Shown here piece by piece: positions 48,522-58,259 of a stretch of 64,000 nt of DNA (its first letter is position 1; each line of letters begins with the position of its first letter). The position numbers and the translations under genes were made by a program. Location of the stretch: sequence record OR513085.1. The stretch is one strand, 5' to 3'. The notes below the pieces were generated by a model that was not told where the DNA came from, searched no databases, and saw only the letters and a program-made list of their open reading frames with translations.

Positions 48522-49416
48522 AATTATAACTTTTGAATATGCTGCCACTAACTTGGCAGCATTTCAATTGCAACCAATACCAAATACCAAGAAAGGTATG
48601 ACTAAGGACGAGGTCAACGCTTACATTAGCGTTGACCAAGTTCCGTTAGCTTCATATGCAAGTAACCGTTTAGTACCTATTAGCAAAGTTATTGGAGTTA
48701 CAAAAGCGCCTACAGATTTAACTTATTACGTAATGGGCGCAATGTATAATGAACAAGGCAATTACAACGAGACTTATGTATGGAACAACGGATTCTCCGA
48801 ATATCGAAGATTTTCAACGTTAGCCAATGACGACATGGTAGTAAACGTAGTAGATTATTTTCAAAAGGTTTACAGACGATCAAATTCCGATCCTTCGTTT
48901 AATGCAGAAATTGCACTTAATTACAGAGAGCCGCTAAACGCTATACTTGAAGATGCATTTAATATTGCAGCATTTCCGCTTAATGCAAATAACGTAGAAA
49001 TGTCTAGGTCTATGCTAAGCATGATAGGATGGCCTGCATCAGATTACGGCGACCAAATTTACAAGGAAACTGGTTCAGACATTACAAAGTCTACTACATA
49101 CCAAAAAATGTTTACGTCATCGCCACCTGTAGTTAATCCTAGTTCAAATTTAGGAATTATGACTTATGGCGAATCTGACTTGCCTAATACTAACGCACAC
49201 AATAAAGTTAGAGATCGTGAATTACTTAAAATTAGTGTAGGTCCTCCAGGACAGAATGAAATTTTGTCTCAAATGACCAGGGATACGCTTAACACTAACA
49301 CTAATGGTTATTGGGACGTTCAATTTAGTCTTAATCCATTTGAATGTTCTTATGTAATTAAGCGATTGACTGGGGGTGACGCTAAGTTTGCAGTTAAATA
49401 TTTTGCACCTTTATAA
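48514..49416 (+). CDS. Putative tail-associated protein
   Basis: 300-aa ORF overlapping the fibre stop. Confidence 0.6.
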   Translation: MDKIITFEYAATNLAAFQLQPIPNTKKGMTKDEVNAYISVDQVPLASYASNRLVPISKVIGVTKAPTDLTYYVMGAMYNEQGNYNETYVWNNGFSEYRRFSTLANDDMVVNVVDYFQKVYRRSNSDPSFNAEIALNYREPLNAILEDAFNIAAFPLNANNVEMSRSMLSMIGWPASDYGDQIYKETGSDITKSTTYQKMFTSSPPVVNPSSNLGIMTYGESDLPNTNAHNKVRDRELLKISVGPPGQNEILSQMTRDTLNTNTNGYWDVQFSLNPFECSYVIKRLTGGDAKFAVKYFAPL

Positions 49417-49427
49417 ACCAATAGCGC

Positions 49428-49793
49428 ATGAAAAATATTGAATTAACAAAGGAAAATGCGTTAGTATCGAAAGTGGTCGAGATAGCTGAATACAACAATT
49501 TCAGTGCTTTTCTTGTTGGTTCACAGCTTGACGACAGTAAACAATCAAAGGATATAAATATCATAGGTGTTATGGAAAACCAAGACTTTATTGACAAGTT
49601 CGGCTTTCCTTACGCTGAGATATTCAGGCGTTTAATGCAATCAGAATATTCTGACTTGCGTACAATACGTTACATAAGCATAAGCAACAGAATTAAAATT
49701 GAATTGCGATTTACTACTGCAATGAATGTTACTTTTATTCTAATGGATGTCGAAAGCTTTGACTACGACTTACCTTACAAACAAATACACTAA
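49428..49793 (+). CDS. Hypothetical protein (weak Pol-beta NTase-like motif)
   Basis: AFLVGSQLDDSKQSKDINII. Confidence 0.55.
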   Translation: MKNIELTKENALVSKVVEIAEYNNFSAFLVGSQLDDSKQSKDINIIGVMENQDFIDKFGFPYAEIFRRLMQSEYSDLRTIRYISISNRIKIELRFTTAMNVTFILMDVESFDYDLPYKQIH

Positions 49794-49804
49794 ACAAAAC
49801 AAAA

Positions 49805-50914
49805 ATGAGCATAAAATACGGCTTAAATCAATTTAAAAATACTGCAGATAACAGTACAGAGGTAGTAATTGACAATGGGCTACTTTATGAAATTGGCATA
49901 CCAATTGGCGAAGTTAACGAAGCTACAAACAACATTTACGTAACTGATGCTTCTGGCAAAAAGATACGAGTGCCTATACATGATGCAATAATTCAGTCAA
50001 TTCAGTTAATGTCAGATGATGTTAAAAGCCAATTTAGGTCTAGCGTTTTTGGTGAAATAGATTTATTGCCAGCATCAATTTCTGGAGCTATGCCATTCAT
50101 GCTAACTTCTGCCGATTTTGGTAAGTCTGTAGATGTCATAATTTATGGCAAAAACATGAATATGCACGATACTGCAAATACTAAAGTTGCATTAGTCGAT
50201 AAAAATTCAGGTGCTGAGATTATAGCCACTACCTGGAATACGCTTAATATCAACCAAATGCAGGCTACTTTTAAAATTCCTGCAAAATGTAAAGCTACGG
50301 CATTCTTAATTTCGATAAAATATGGCGATATGCTGGCAGAATCTACTGCCGAAATTATAGTAAATTCTGCAGTAACTTTAGAACCTGTAGAACTTAACTT
50401 TAACAAATTCGGCGAGGAATATTGTATAGCTACTACACCAAAGTCCATAAAATTTGCACCGCTTTTCAACAACAATATTGGCGCAGATTCAGTGTCTGTA
50501 ACATCTGAAGCTATAGACTGTACAAAGAATTTCATATTGTCAGCAGACTTAGCAATCAACACTAAGGCAGGATCATCACTTAATGCAATTGACTTAACTA
50601 GATCAGGCTTTGGTTTAGGATATGCTGGTCAACCAGGAGAAGTTAGATTTGACGGAATTAACATGGACTTACGTGATTTTAAGCCAAGGTTCAACACTTT
50701 CCTAACAAAAGACAATATCAAACATGTCAAATTCATAAAGCAAGGCAATTCGATTTACAAACTGCTGTATTCAGATAGCAACGTTTATACATTCAAAACT
50801 ATATTGCTTAGCGACTCTGAACCTATTGCAATCTGTGCATCTATGCAAAGACTTGATGATAGCGGAAGCATCATAAACGTATCTTACAACAACATAACTT
50901 TAAAAACATTCTAA
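49805..50914 (+). CDS. Putative structural protein (beta-rich)
   Basis: 369-aa ORF in the late operon. Confidence 0.6.
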   Translation: MSIKYGLNQFKNTADNSTEVVIDNGLLYEIGIPIGEVNEATNNIYVTDASGKKIRVPIHDAIIQSIQLMSDDVKSQFRSSVFGEIDLLPASISGAMPFMLTSADFGKSVDVIIYGKNMNMHDTANTKVALVDKNSGAEIIATTWNTLNINQMQATFKIPAKCKATAFLISIKYGDMLAESTAEIIVNSAVTLEPVELNFNKFGEEYCIATTPKSIKFAPLFNNNIGADSVSVTSEAIDCTKNFILSADLAINTKAGSSLNAIDLTRSGFGLGYAGQPGEVRFDGINMDLRDFKPRFNTFLTKDNIKHVKFIKQGNSIYKLLYSDSNVYTFKTILLSDSEPIAICASMQRLDDSGSIINVSYNNITLKTF

Positions 50915-50918
50915 CAAA

Positions 50919-51341
50919 ATGGCAAATTTTTTAATTGCATACAAAAAGACTGGAGGCTTTGAAGGTGGCTGGAACCACGTAAAAGGCGATACTGGCGGAG
51001 AAACATATTGCGGAATTGCAAGAAACTATTGGCCTAAATGGGCTGGCTGGGCAATCATAGATTCCAAAAAGCCAATAAAAACAGGCACAATTTTTAAAGA
51101 CAATGTTAAACTTGAAGAACTAGTACATGCATTTTATAAAGCCAATTTCTGGGATGTAGTTGGCGGTGATAGCATAGAGGATCAGACTACTGCAAACACT
51201 CTTTATGATTTTGGTGTTAACGCAGGAACTTCAAGATCAGTTAAGCAAATTCAAGGAGCTTTAGGCTTAACACAAACAGGCAAAGTAGACAAAGCTTTAG
51301 TTGAAGCTATCAACAATCCAACTAAACATTTATTAAAATAA
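50919..51341 (+). CDS. Endolysin, glycoside hydrolase family 108 (no C-terminal PG-binding domain)
   Basis: EGGWNHVKGDTGGETYCGI, FYKANFW, LYDFGVNAG..VKQIQ. Confidence 0.88.
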   Translation: MANFLIAYKKTGGFEGGWNHVKGDTGGETYCGIARNYWPKWAGWAIIDSKKPIKTGTIFKDNVKLEELVHAFYKANFWDVVGGDSIEDQTTANTLYDFGVNAGTSRSVKQIQGALGLTQTGKVDKALVEAINNPTKHLLK

Positions 51342-51348
51342 AAAGACA

Positions 51349-52017
51349 ATGAAGAACATATTTTTTAGCATGATGTTAGGACTTTTTGCCCTAACATCGT
51401 GTAACAATAAAAACGCTAGCAACGTTAAGCATGAGGCAGATTCATTAACACTAATAGACACTGCATTTATTGTAGTAGATTCTGTAACAAAGGATTCGGT
51501 TCCAATCTACATTGAGCAGGAGGCTTACGATAATAAAGCACAAATTGCTAAGGAAGAGTTTAACAGACTTAAAAAATCTGCAGATTCACTTTACAACATT
51601 ACGCTGTCGCTTAAACACTTAGAAGGCCAGTATGCTACAATTATTGCAACAGGTAAAGCTGACTACAAAAGCCTAGATACTAAAAAAATCACGTTAGCAC
51701 AATATAAAGCAAAACTTAAGGCTAACTTAGAACGCAAAATTGTCAAAAAGTCATTTGATGATGAGGTCATAGCTTCGCCAATATTTACTGAAGCAGACTC
51801 TGCAAAAGACAAATTTATAGTTTATCTTGGTGTTATAGAAAAAATTGAAACTGAGATCATACCTACGTTAAAAGAGCAGGAACTTGAAATTTCAAGATCG
51901 ACTTTACATAAAAAGTTAGTAGTCGCAAATGCACAATATTACTTAAACATTACATTACGTAACCCTAGCCAGGACAAATTCCTTAAAGGCTGGACACGAA
52001 GAGCCTGGTCACAATAA
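51349..52017 (+). CDS. Lipoprotein in the lysis cassette (spanin-like)
   Basis: Lipobox LTSC; coiled coil. Confidence 0.55.
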   Translation: MKNIFFSMMLGLFALTSCNNKNASNVKHEADSLTLIDTAFIVVDSVTKDSVPIYIEQEAYDNKAQIAKEEFNRLKKSADSLYNITLSLKHLEGQYATIIATGKADYKSLDTKKITLAQYKAKLKANLERKIVKKSFDDEVIASPIFTEADSAKDKFIVYLGVIEKIETEIIPTLKEQELEISRSTLHKKLVVANAQYYLNITLRNPSQDKFLKGWTRRAWSQ

Positions 52018-52051
52018 AAGCAGGTACATCTTTTCACTTTTGAGTGAAGCT

Positions 52052-52059
52052 AATAAATA
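52052..52059 (+). promoter_or_regulatory. Late promoter AATAAATA
   Basis: Upstream of the PAS gene. Confidence 0.5.
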
Positions 52060-52104
52060 CTAAAACTTTTAAATAAACAAAATCCAGAATAAAACCAAAT
52101 AACT

Positions 52105-52713
52105 ATGTCTATACTACAAGACTACAGCGTGGTTATAGGAAGCATTCTAGTTATTGTCGCTACATTTTTGAAAAAGGGTAATGTTCAACAACTCAATCAG
52201 TATATTAACACAATTAATATGCTTAGAGTTGACTTACTTGCACTCAAAAAAGACAACGCAGATATTGCATCCGACATACGTAAGTTACAGGCCGAATTAC
52301 ACGACAAGGATCGTTTGGTTGCATTATTGGAGGCAACTTCTTGGGACTTACCGTTTCCTTATTGGCTTAAGGACATGCAACATAACATGGTGTACATTAA
52401 TGCCAAGTATGAAAAAACATTTAACGTTAGGTCGATTGATTATGTTGGCAAAAAAGACCTAGACGTCTGGCCAGCAGAAATTGCCGAAAAGTTCAAAGCT
52501 AATGACCAAAAGATGATGGACGGTGACGACGAGTTTATAATTTCGCAAACCGAAGTCGATGGTTTTGTAGTTATAAAATGGAAACGTTGGGCTGGCAGCA
52601 TCTTAATTGGAGTTGCAGGAATGTGCATACCTATCGGAGTATTCCATAATTTCACGCAAGATGTCTTGAACGTAGTTAATCAGAATAACAGCAATGAGCG
52701 AACAAGAAACTAA
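52105..52713 (+). CDS. TM-coiled coil-PAS domain protein (holin/lysis regulator candidate)
   Basis: TM VVIGSILVIVATFL; LPFPYWLKD..YINAKYEKTF..VGKKDLDVWPAEIAEKFKANDQ (PAS_4 pattern). Confidence 0.75.
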   Translation: MSILQDYSVVIGSILVIVATFLKKGNVQQLNQYINTINMLRVDLLALKKDNADIASDIRKLQAELHDKDRLVALLEATSWDLPFPYWLKDMQHNMVYINAKYEKTFNVRSIDYVGKKDLDVWPAEIAEKFKANDQKMMDGDDEFIISQTEVDGFVVIKWKRWAGSILIGVAGMCIPIGVFHNFTQDVLNVVNQNNSNERTRN

Positions 52714-53092
52714 CACAGAATACACAATGCCGCAAGAGGAAACTACAACCAGCGGCATTTTAAATAACATGGAGCTTGCTCAAAAAAATCCTAGCTTATG
52801 GCTTTGGATAGGAATTATCATAGCAATCGTAGCAATTTTTGGCTATTTTACAAGATCACAGGAACTTAGAATCGACGAGGTTAAAGCTGAACGTGATACT
52901 TGGAAAGGCAAATTTGAAGAAGTATCAAAAGCTTACAATGAATTATTGATGAGCCGATACTACGGAAATGTTACTACTATGCCAGGAGTTCCTCAAGTTC
53001 CTCATGATTCAGTTGGCAAATTCCAAAACCAGGATGCAGTAAGACCAAAAGAACTAGAAGACAAAACGAAAACAAATACTGACAATGATTAA
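52694..53092 (+). CDS. Single-TM coiled-coil protein (holin or i-spanin candidate)
   Basis: LWLWIGIIIAIVAIFGYF followed by coiled coil. Confidence 0.55.
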   Translation: MSEQETNTEYTMPQEETTTSGILNNMELAQKNPSLWLWIGIIIAIVAIFGYFTRSQELRIDEVKAERDTWKGKFEEVSKAYNELLMSRYYGNVTTMPGVPQVPHDSVGKFQNQDAVRPKELEDKTKTNTDND

Positions 53093-53717
53093 AACAATGA
53101 AAAGCGCGATAGTTATTACAACAATTGCGCTTTTTACGTTTGGATGCGGTGCACGCAAAGTCGATCTTTCAAAACATAAGGAAGTTGAAACTACTGAGTA
53201 CACTAAAGAAAACGTAAAGCAAACAGAAAGTAACGTACAAACTAACGTTACGCAGAGCGAAAAGAACGTAACTACTAAACAAACAGAAGCTACGAAGAGC
53301 GAAAAGGCTGATAATTCTGAATTAAACATAACAATTGAACCTACAGAAAAGGGTGAAGTTGCAGAGTATGAATTTGTATTTGGTGACAAAGTTTTCAAAG
53401 GTAAAACGTCAGGTAAGCTAATAGTTTCCAACAAAACAGGAACTAACGTTAAGGACGAAAAGAACGTAACTAACGAAAATGCTAACAACGAAAAGAATGC
53501 TAGCGACAATAACGTAAGTAACACAAAAGCTTCAGAAGCTAACAAAGATTCAGGCTCTAGCGAAAAGAAAGTTGAAGACAAATCTAAAAGTTCTGACAAA
53601 AAAGAACCTTTTATTTTCAATTTCATGTCAGGCTTAGCTATAGTAGCAGGCGTGGCTATACTAGGATTCTTGGCGTACTTAATACTACTTAGATTTGGAT
53701 TGATTAAAAGGAAGTAA
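53085..53717 (+). CDS. Unimolecular spanin-like protein
   Basis: N-terminal lipoprotein signal (FTFGC), polar linker, C-terminal TM GLAIVAGVAILGFLAYLIL + basic tail. Confidence 0.7.
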   Translation: MIKTMKSAIVITTIALFTFGCGARKVDLSKHKEVETTEYTKENVKQTESNVQTNVTQSEKNVTTKQTEATKSEKADNSELNITIEPTEKGEVAEYEFVFGDKVFKGKTSGKLIVSNKTGTNVKDEKNVTNENANNEKNASDNNVSNTKASEANKDSGSSEKKVEDKSKSSDKKEPFIFNFMSGLAIVAGVAILGFLAYLILLRFGLIKRK

Positions 53718-53736
53718 GCTTTAAAAGAAAGTCAAC

Positions 53737-53763
53737 AAAAACCGGCAAATTTTGCCGGTTTTT
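53737..53763. terminator. Terminator
   Basis: AAAAACCGGCAAA / TTTGCCGGTTTTT. Confidence 0.8.
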
Positions 53764-53828
53764 GTTGTGAAGTGCTCAAATTGACTGGCAAATTTGTATA
53801 ATAAACTTACAATATAAAACAATATATT

Positions 53829-54383
53829 ATGAGCAACTTAACAGACAAGCCGGATAACAAGCGGTTTGCAGACAACAAAATCATTCACTCGTTATTCCGT
53901 AACTATATAGGAATTTATCATTACGGAGGACCGTCACCAAAATCGCCAAATGCTAAGCAATATAAAAAATTTAGCGAGCATGGATATCAAATGGTTAGCA
54001 GAGAGGACGGCAAACCTTCACATTTTTATATTTTCGACCCTACAGATGATCCTAACAACTATTTTAGGTTACAGATTATTTGGAGTTTTAGTACAATTAA
54101 TCGTATACTTAAACATTATGATTTGTCAGTAACTTTTGAATTTATTGACGTAGACTATTGGCAATTCTTTTATTCGGAGTTTATAAACAATCCTGTAGAT
54201 GAATCTAAACGTTACAAATTTGAAGAAGGTTTAAGAGGCTGTGCATCACAAACATGGGGATTAGCATCATATGGCTATACAGTCAATGATGTTTTAGCTT
54301 TTGAAAAAGTTCAAGCATCTAAATACAGACTTAACAAAAATAAACTCGGCACGCTAAGCACTGAAGAAAATCAGGCGTCTTAG
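53829..54383 (+). CDS. Hypothetical protein
   Basis: 184-aa ORF between terminators. Confidence 0.65.
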   Translation: MSNLTDKPDNKRFADNKIIHSLFRNYIGIYHYGGPSPKSPNAKQYKKFSEHGYQMVSREDGKPSHFYIFDPTDDPNNYFRLQIIWSFSTINRILKHYDLSVTFEFIDVDYWQFFYSEFINNPVDESKRYKFEEGLRGCASQTWGLASYGYTVNDVLAFEKVQASKYRLNKNKLGTLSTEENQAS

Positions 54384-54425
54384 CCGGCATTGTTGCTATC
54401 ATGTCGACTGAGATGCAACCGGTTT

Positions 54426-54456
54426 AAGCCCAGCACTTTTAGTGCTGGGCTTTTTT
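54426..54456 (+). terminator. Intrinsic terminator
   Basis: AAGCCCAGCACT / AGTGCTGGGCTTTTTT. Confidence 0.85.
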
Positions 54457-54487
54457 GTGCAATTTTTTGAAAATAGTTGCCTAAAAA

Positions 54488-54519
54488 TTTTCACATGTCG
54501 AAAATTATGCTTATATTTA
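54488..54519 (+). promoter_or_regulatory. Early host-type promoter
   Basis: TTTTCACATGTCG, 19 nt, TATATTTA. Confidence 0.65.
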
Positions 54520-54547
54520 CATATAATTAATAAACAAAGATAATATC

Positions 54548-54853
54548 ATGACTACAATTACAAATCAATCAGTTAAAACAGTTTGGCATGCGGCACAAAG
54601 CATTAAAGATGCTAACCTTCAAGAACACCAAACTATCAATATACGTATTGGTGACCAAACGTTACTAGAAGTTTACAAAATGATTGGTGACATTCATATT
54701 GACTTAAAGAAACATAAGAAAATGTCTACTATGACTGCAGAAGAAATTACATTCATTGAAGCAGAATCTACATTCATTGAAGCTACTAAGCTTAACAAAA
54801 TGTCAGTAGACAAAATTGAACAAGTTGTCATTAACCTTTTATTAGCTTACTAA
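54548..54853 (+). CDS. Hypothetical protein
   Basis: 101-aa ORF. Confidence 0.65.
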   Translation: MTTITNQSVKTVWHAAQSIKDANLQEHQTINIRIGDQTLLEVYKMIGDIHIDLKKHKKMSTMTAEEITFIEAESTFIEATKLNKMSVDKIEQVVINLLLAY

Positions 54854-54856
54854 AAT

Positions 54857-55267
54857 ATGGAACATTTAGCAACACCTTGGGACGGTCAAACACAATATAT
54901 TAAGGCTTTACATAGAGAGTTAACTAATGTACTACAAGGCGAGCCTTTTAATCTACAAGATTATGGCTACGCTTTCATACCAGCTGGCATAACTAACCCA
55001 TTCAACAATGAATTTCTTGGATGCCAGATTGTCAATGAAACTATTGAAGGCTATTTGCCAGGAAAGTTGACAATCAAACTTTGGTATTTCGTATCTGCAG
55101 GACTTACAGCATATGAATTGCATACAAAGCAAGTCATTGAAAAAATCATTGCCAAAGGACCTAACAGTTTTTACGAAGATGGAGTTTACAATTTTGATGC
55201 AAAGACAACTTGGCAGGAACTGTACAACTACTTCAATGACGTACAAAACGTACTATTTAGCAAATAG
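54857..55267 (+). CDS. Hypothetical protein
   Basis: 136-aa ORF. Confidence 0.65.
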   Translation: MEHLATPWDGQTQYIKALHRELTNVLQGEPFNLQDYGYAFIPAGITNPFNNEFLGCQIVNETIEGYLPGKLTIKLWYFVSAGLTAYELHTKQVIEKIIAKGPNSFYEDGVYNFDAKTTWQELYNYFNDVQNVLFSK

Positions 55268-55316
55268 TAGTAAGCTACAATACACATATAAACTAATTTT
55301 TTAAAACATTCATAAA

Positions 55317-56183
55317 ATGAACACATTTACCGAAAGCCTAGATAAATTCAGGCTTAACAACGAAGACTTACAAAACTTAATCTGGGCATTAAACAAGCGC
55401 TATAATGCCGAACCTTCAGTAAACAATCCAAAACAAATGACTATTGCTGAAGTTGGAATGCTTTACGGAAATTCGCCATTCACTTCAAATTATCGTAGAA
55501 TGTCCGAACTATTGATTAAAGATGCTAAAATTGTAGGTGATTCGCCACACTTCTTTTATAAACTTGAAGATTCTAGGGAATTCTTTACTACGCATTTAAC
55601 ATCTAAACTTTCGCATCGTAGTTGCAAAACTAATGCTACTGTTGTAGACAATGACTACCTTGAAGATGTATACTTCATAGAGTTAAAACGACTTTACACT
55701 GCACTTTTCGTAAAATCATTTATACACGGGCATCTGGAAGTTGACTTGGACGGATTCAAAGAATTGTACATTGCGTTACATTTACATTTGGACGACTTCA
55801 AAAAATACGATGAGTCTCGCAATAATTCTAATTCAGCATACATGGCTAGATACATTATGAATGCATTCTACGGAGTTATTTGCGGTAAAGCTAATGCAAA
55901 AGTATTCCAAATTTCAGGACATACTCAGCCAATATTCTACGACTTCTACAAAAAGCTTAATGAAATTGTGCCTACTGAAAAACTTATTGTATTTTCCACC
56001 GATGACTTGATACTTCCGCAGACGGATGAGTCATTGGAAATTCTTAAAAAGCTATTACCTATTTGCGAAGACTACGGCGTAAGTATGAACGCTACAAAGC
56101 TCAGACACTACAAAGTTGAACGTAATATTTTACGCAGACAACTGGATATGAAAGTACACAGACCTAACAAAAACACTAGATAA
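55317..56183 (+). CDS. Degenerate family B polymerase palm/fingers-like protein
   Basis: EDVYFIELKRLYTAL (motif A-like), RYIMNAFYG (motif B-like), IVFSTDDLI (motif C-like) in correct order. Confidence 0.55.
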   Translation: MNTFTESLDKFRLNNEDLQNLIWALNKRYNAEPSVNNPKQMTIAEVGMLYGNSPFTSNYRRMSELLIKDAKIVGDSPHFFYKLEDSREFFTTHLTSKLSHRSCKTNATVVDNDYLEDVYFIELKRLYTALFVKSFIHGHLEVDLDGFKELYIALHLHLDDFKKYDESRNNSNSAYMARYIMNAFYGVICGKANAKVFQISGHTQPIFYDFYKKLNEIVPTEKLIVFSTDDLILPQTDESLEILKKLLPICEDYGVSMNATKLRHYKVERNILRRQLDMKVHRPNKNTR

Positions 56184-56187
56184 TATC

Positions 56188-57063
56188 ATGACAAAAAATA
56201 TCGAACTACTACAAAAAGAGGCTAAATCATGTCCAAGACTAATTAAGCCATTCACTTCAGTACATAATGCACTAAAACAAGCAATGTTTGCCGGCCATAA
56301 AAAATTCAAGTTATACAAGGTAGAGGCATTCGACATCTACAAAAATAACTTGGCTGATGATGACTATGACGTTATGATTGACAGCCTAGCTAACAATGCG
56401 CCAGTCAACTTTGACAACTGGGATAACGATGCATCTTACGTTACTAAACAATCAGTTATCCGAGCAATTTCAACAAGAGTTATCGCATTTACTAAAGCCG
56501 ATCCTTCCAGATTGCCTTACGTTACAGGAGTTCTTGGTGGCAAAAGCGTAACGTTAGCTAACGTAACCGCCTACGTACGTAAACATATTGAAGAGGTTAA
56601 CATGGCCAAAGTAATGCTTACAGTTGCTGAAGAAAACAAAGATACAGTTTACGAAAAATACAACAGTATTTTAGCATCCGGCGAATATGGCTTAATAGCT
56701 TTAGGTACTACAACTTTTGCAATAGCTAAACGTTTAGAAGGTGGAATGTTTGATGTAGCTTACAACGTAAATGTTATATTCAATCCGGTTGCTGAAATTT
56801 ACGCAGTAATGGTACAGACTCCTGAACAATTCAAGGAATCTAGCGACACTTACCTATTTGCATTTACATCCGACGAGCCTACTACTTTGCTAACTGTGCT
56901 TAACATTTATTACGTTAAGCCTAGCATCGAACTAAAAAGCAATTCATGTATTTGCGGATTTAAGCCTGAACGTTCAACTATCGAAACGTTCTACCGCATA
57001 ACGCAAGGACTATTAGAACATACACTTATTAACTTTGGAAGTTCAGAATATGGTGAACTATAA
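56188..57063 (+). CDS. Hypothetical protein
   Basis: 291-aa ORF. Confidence 0.7.
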   Translation: MTKNIELLQKEAKSCPRLIKPFTSVHNALKQAMFAGHKKFKLYKVEAFDIYKNNLADDDYDVMIDSLANNAPVNFDNWDNDASYVTKQSVIRAISTRVIAFTKADPSRLPYVTGVLGGKSVTLANVTAYVRKHIEEVNMAKVMLTVAEENKDTVYEKYNSILASGEYGLIALGTTTFAIAKRLEGGMFDVAYNVNVIFNPVAEIYAVMVQTPEQFKESSDTYLFAFTSDEPTTLLTVLNIYYVKPSIELKSNSCICGFKPERSTIETFYRITQGLLEHTLINFGSSEYGEL

Positions 57064-57781
57064 TAATTTGTCAAATGACAGCCTGGCTGAACGTTCTACT
57101 ACGTATCGCCAGGTTAAATATAAAGCTTTTACTACACTTAGTCAAACCGACTTAACGTTATGGGAGTTGTACAAACAGGATGTAGAAGCCTTTAGATTGT
57201 ATAGCTTTGAAATTGCTGGGCATAAATACTTTGTAACGCATGACGATTATAGCAACTTAGAGTTGTTACGTCAACAATGTATAGCTTACGGACTTATGTA
57301 CTTTCATGCGGCTTGGCTTCACTCAACGTTACGTAACGAAGGCTTTAAGCTAACAGAGCTAATGCCAGACAACTACAAACTAACAGGAACTAAATTGTTT
57401 GACACTACATTAGCTAAGTCTGAGGTAGCTGATATTGTAGTACAAAATTCAGCTTTACGACTAATTCGCGTTAGCTCTGCAAATGGCAGCTTTGCACATA
57501 GCATAAACATATACAACAAAAAGGTTATCATAACATCACGTTACCATACGTCAAACGTTTACGACTTTGAATGCTTTATGCATATGATGCTTTTTGTTGC
57601 TCGCTACGAAACGTTCTATGCGCTAAGCTTCATCAAAAATATGAAGGCTTTTGGTAAACGTTTTATTGCTGATCGTGATAATGTTACCGACTTCTTAACG
57701 TACGGTGATGTAGTTATAAACCACCTCAACAAGTCTAAAATTTCATACAAAATACTACAAAACAATGTCGGAACAATATAA
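57050..57781 (+). CDS. Hypothetical protein
   Basis: ATG 57050 overlapping the previous stop. Confidence 0.65.
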   Translation: MVNYNNLSNDSLAERSTTYRQVKYKAFTTLSQTDLTLWELYKQDVEAFRLYSFEIAGHKYFVTHDDYSNLELLRQQCIAYGLMYFHAAWLHSTLRNEGFKLTELMPDNYKLTGTKLFDTTLAKSEVADIVVQNSALRLIRVSSANGSFAHSINIYNKKVIITSRYHTSNVYDFECFMHMMLFVARYETFYALSFIKNMKAFGKRFIADRDNVTDFLTYGDVVINHLNKSKISYKILQNNVGTI

Positions 57782-58259
57782 AGTAATTTGCGGTACTGGC
57801 CATAGACCTGACAAACTAGGAGGCTATGACAACCAAGCAGCGCACAACAACCTAGTACATTTGCTAATTGATGCTTTACGTGAGTTAAGACCAGAATTAG
57901 TAATTGTCGGTATGGCTCAAGGTTTTGACCAAGCTTTAGCCGAAGCTGCTTATGAACTTGACATACCTTTTATTGCAGCATTACCTTGCAAAGGGCAGGA
58001 GTTACGTTGGCCTACAAAAGCTCAGCAACATTACAACTATCTGCTAAGTTTAGCAAAAGCAGTAACTATTGTTAACGAAGGCGACTACAAACCTTGGTTT
58101 ATGCAAACACGTAACAAATTTATGGTCGACAATAGTCAGGCTACTTTAACTGTTTGGGATGGCACGCCTGGCGGAACTTACAATACAATCGAGTATACTA
58201 AACAAAATGAAAAACCAATAATCAACTTATACGATAAATGGAAAACCAAATACAACTAA
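57765..58259 (+). CDS. YspA/DUF1273-type SLOG nucleotide-binding protein
   Basis: GTGHRPDKLGGY, GMAQGFDQ, MQTRNKFMVD, WDGTPGGTYNT. Confidence 0.85.
   Translation: MSEQYKVICGTGHRPDKLGGYDNQAAHNNLVHLLIDALRELRPELVIVGMAQGFDQALAEAAYELDIPFIAALPCKGQELRWPTKAQQHYNYLLSLAKAVTIVNEGDYKPWFMQTRNKFMVDNSQATLTVWDGTPGGTYNTIEYTKQNEKPIINLYDKWKTKYN

Noticed and set aside
54384-54424. Imperfect hairpin upstream of the terminator as an sRNA
   Set aside because: Short, with no promoter; more simply 3' UTR structure
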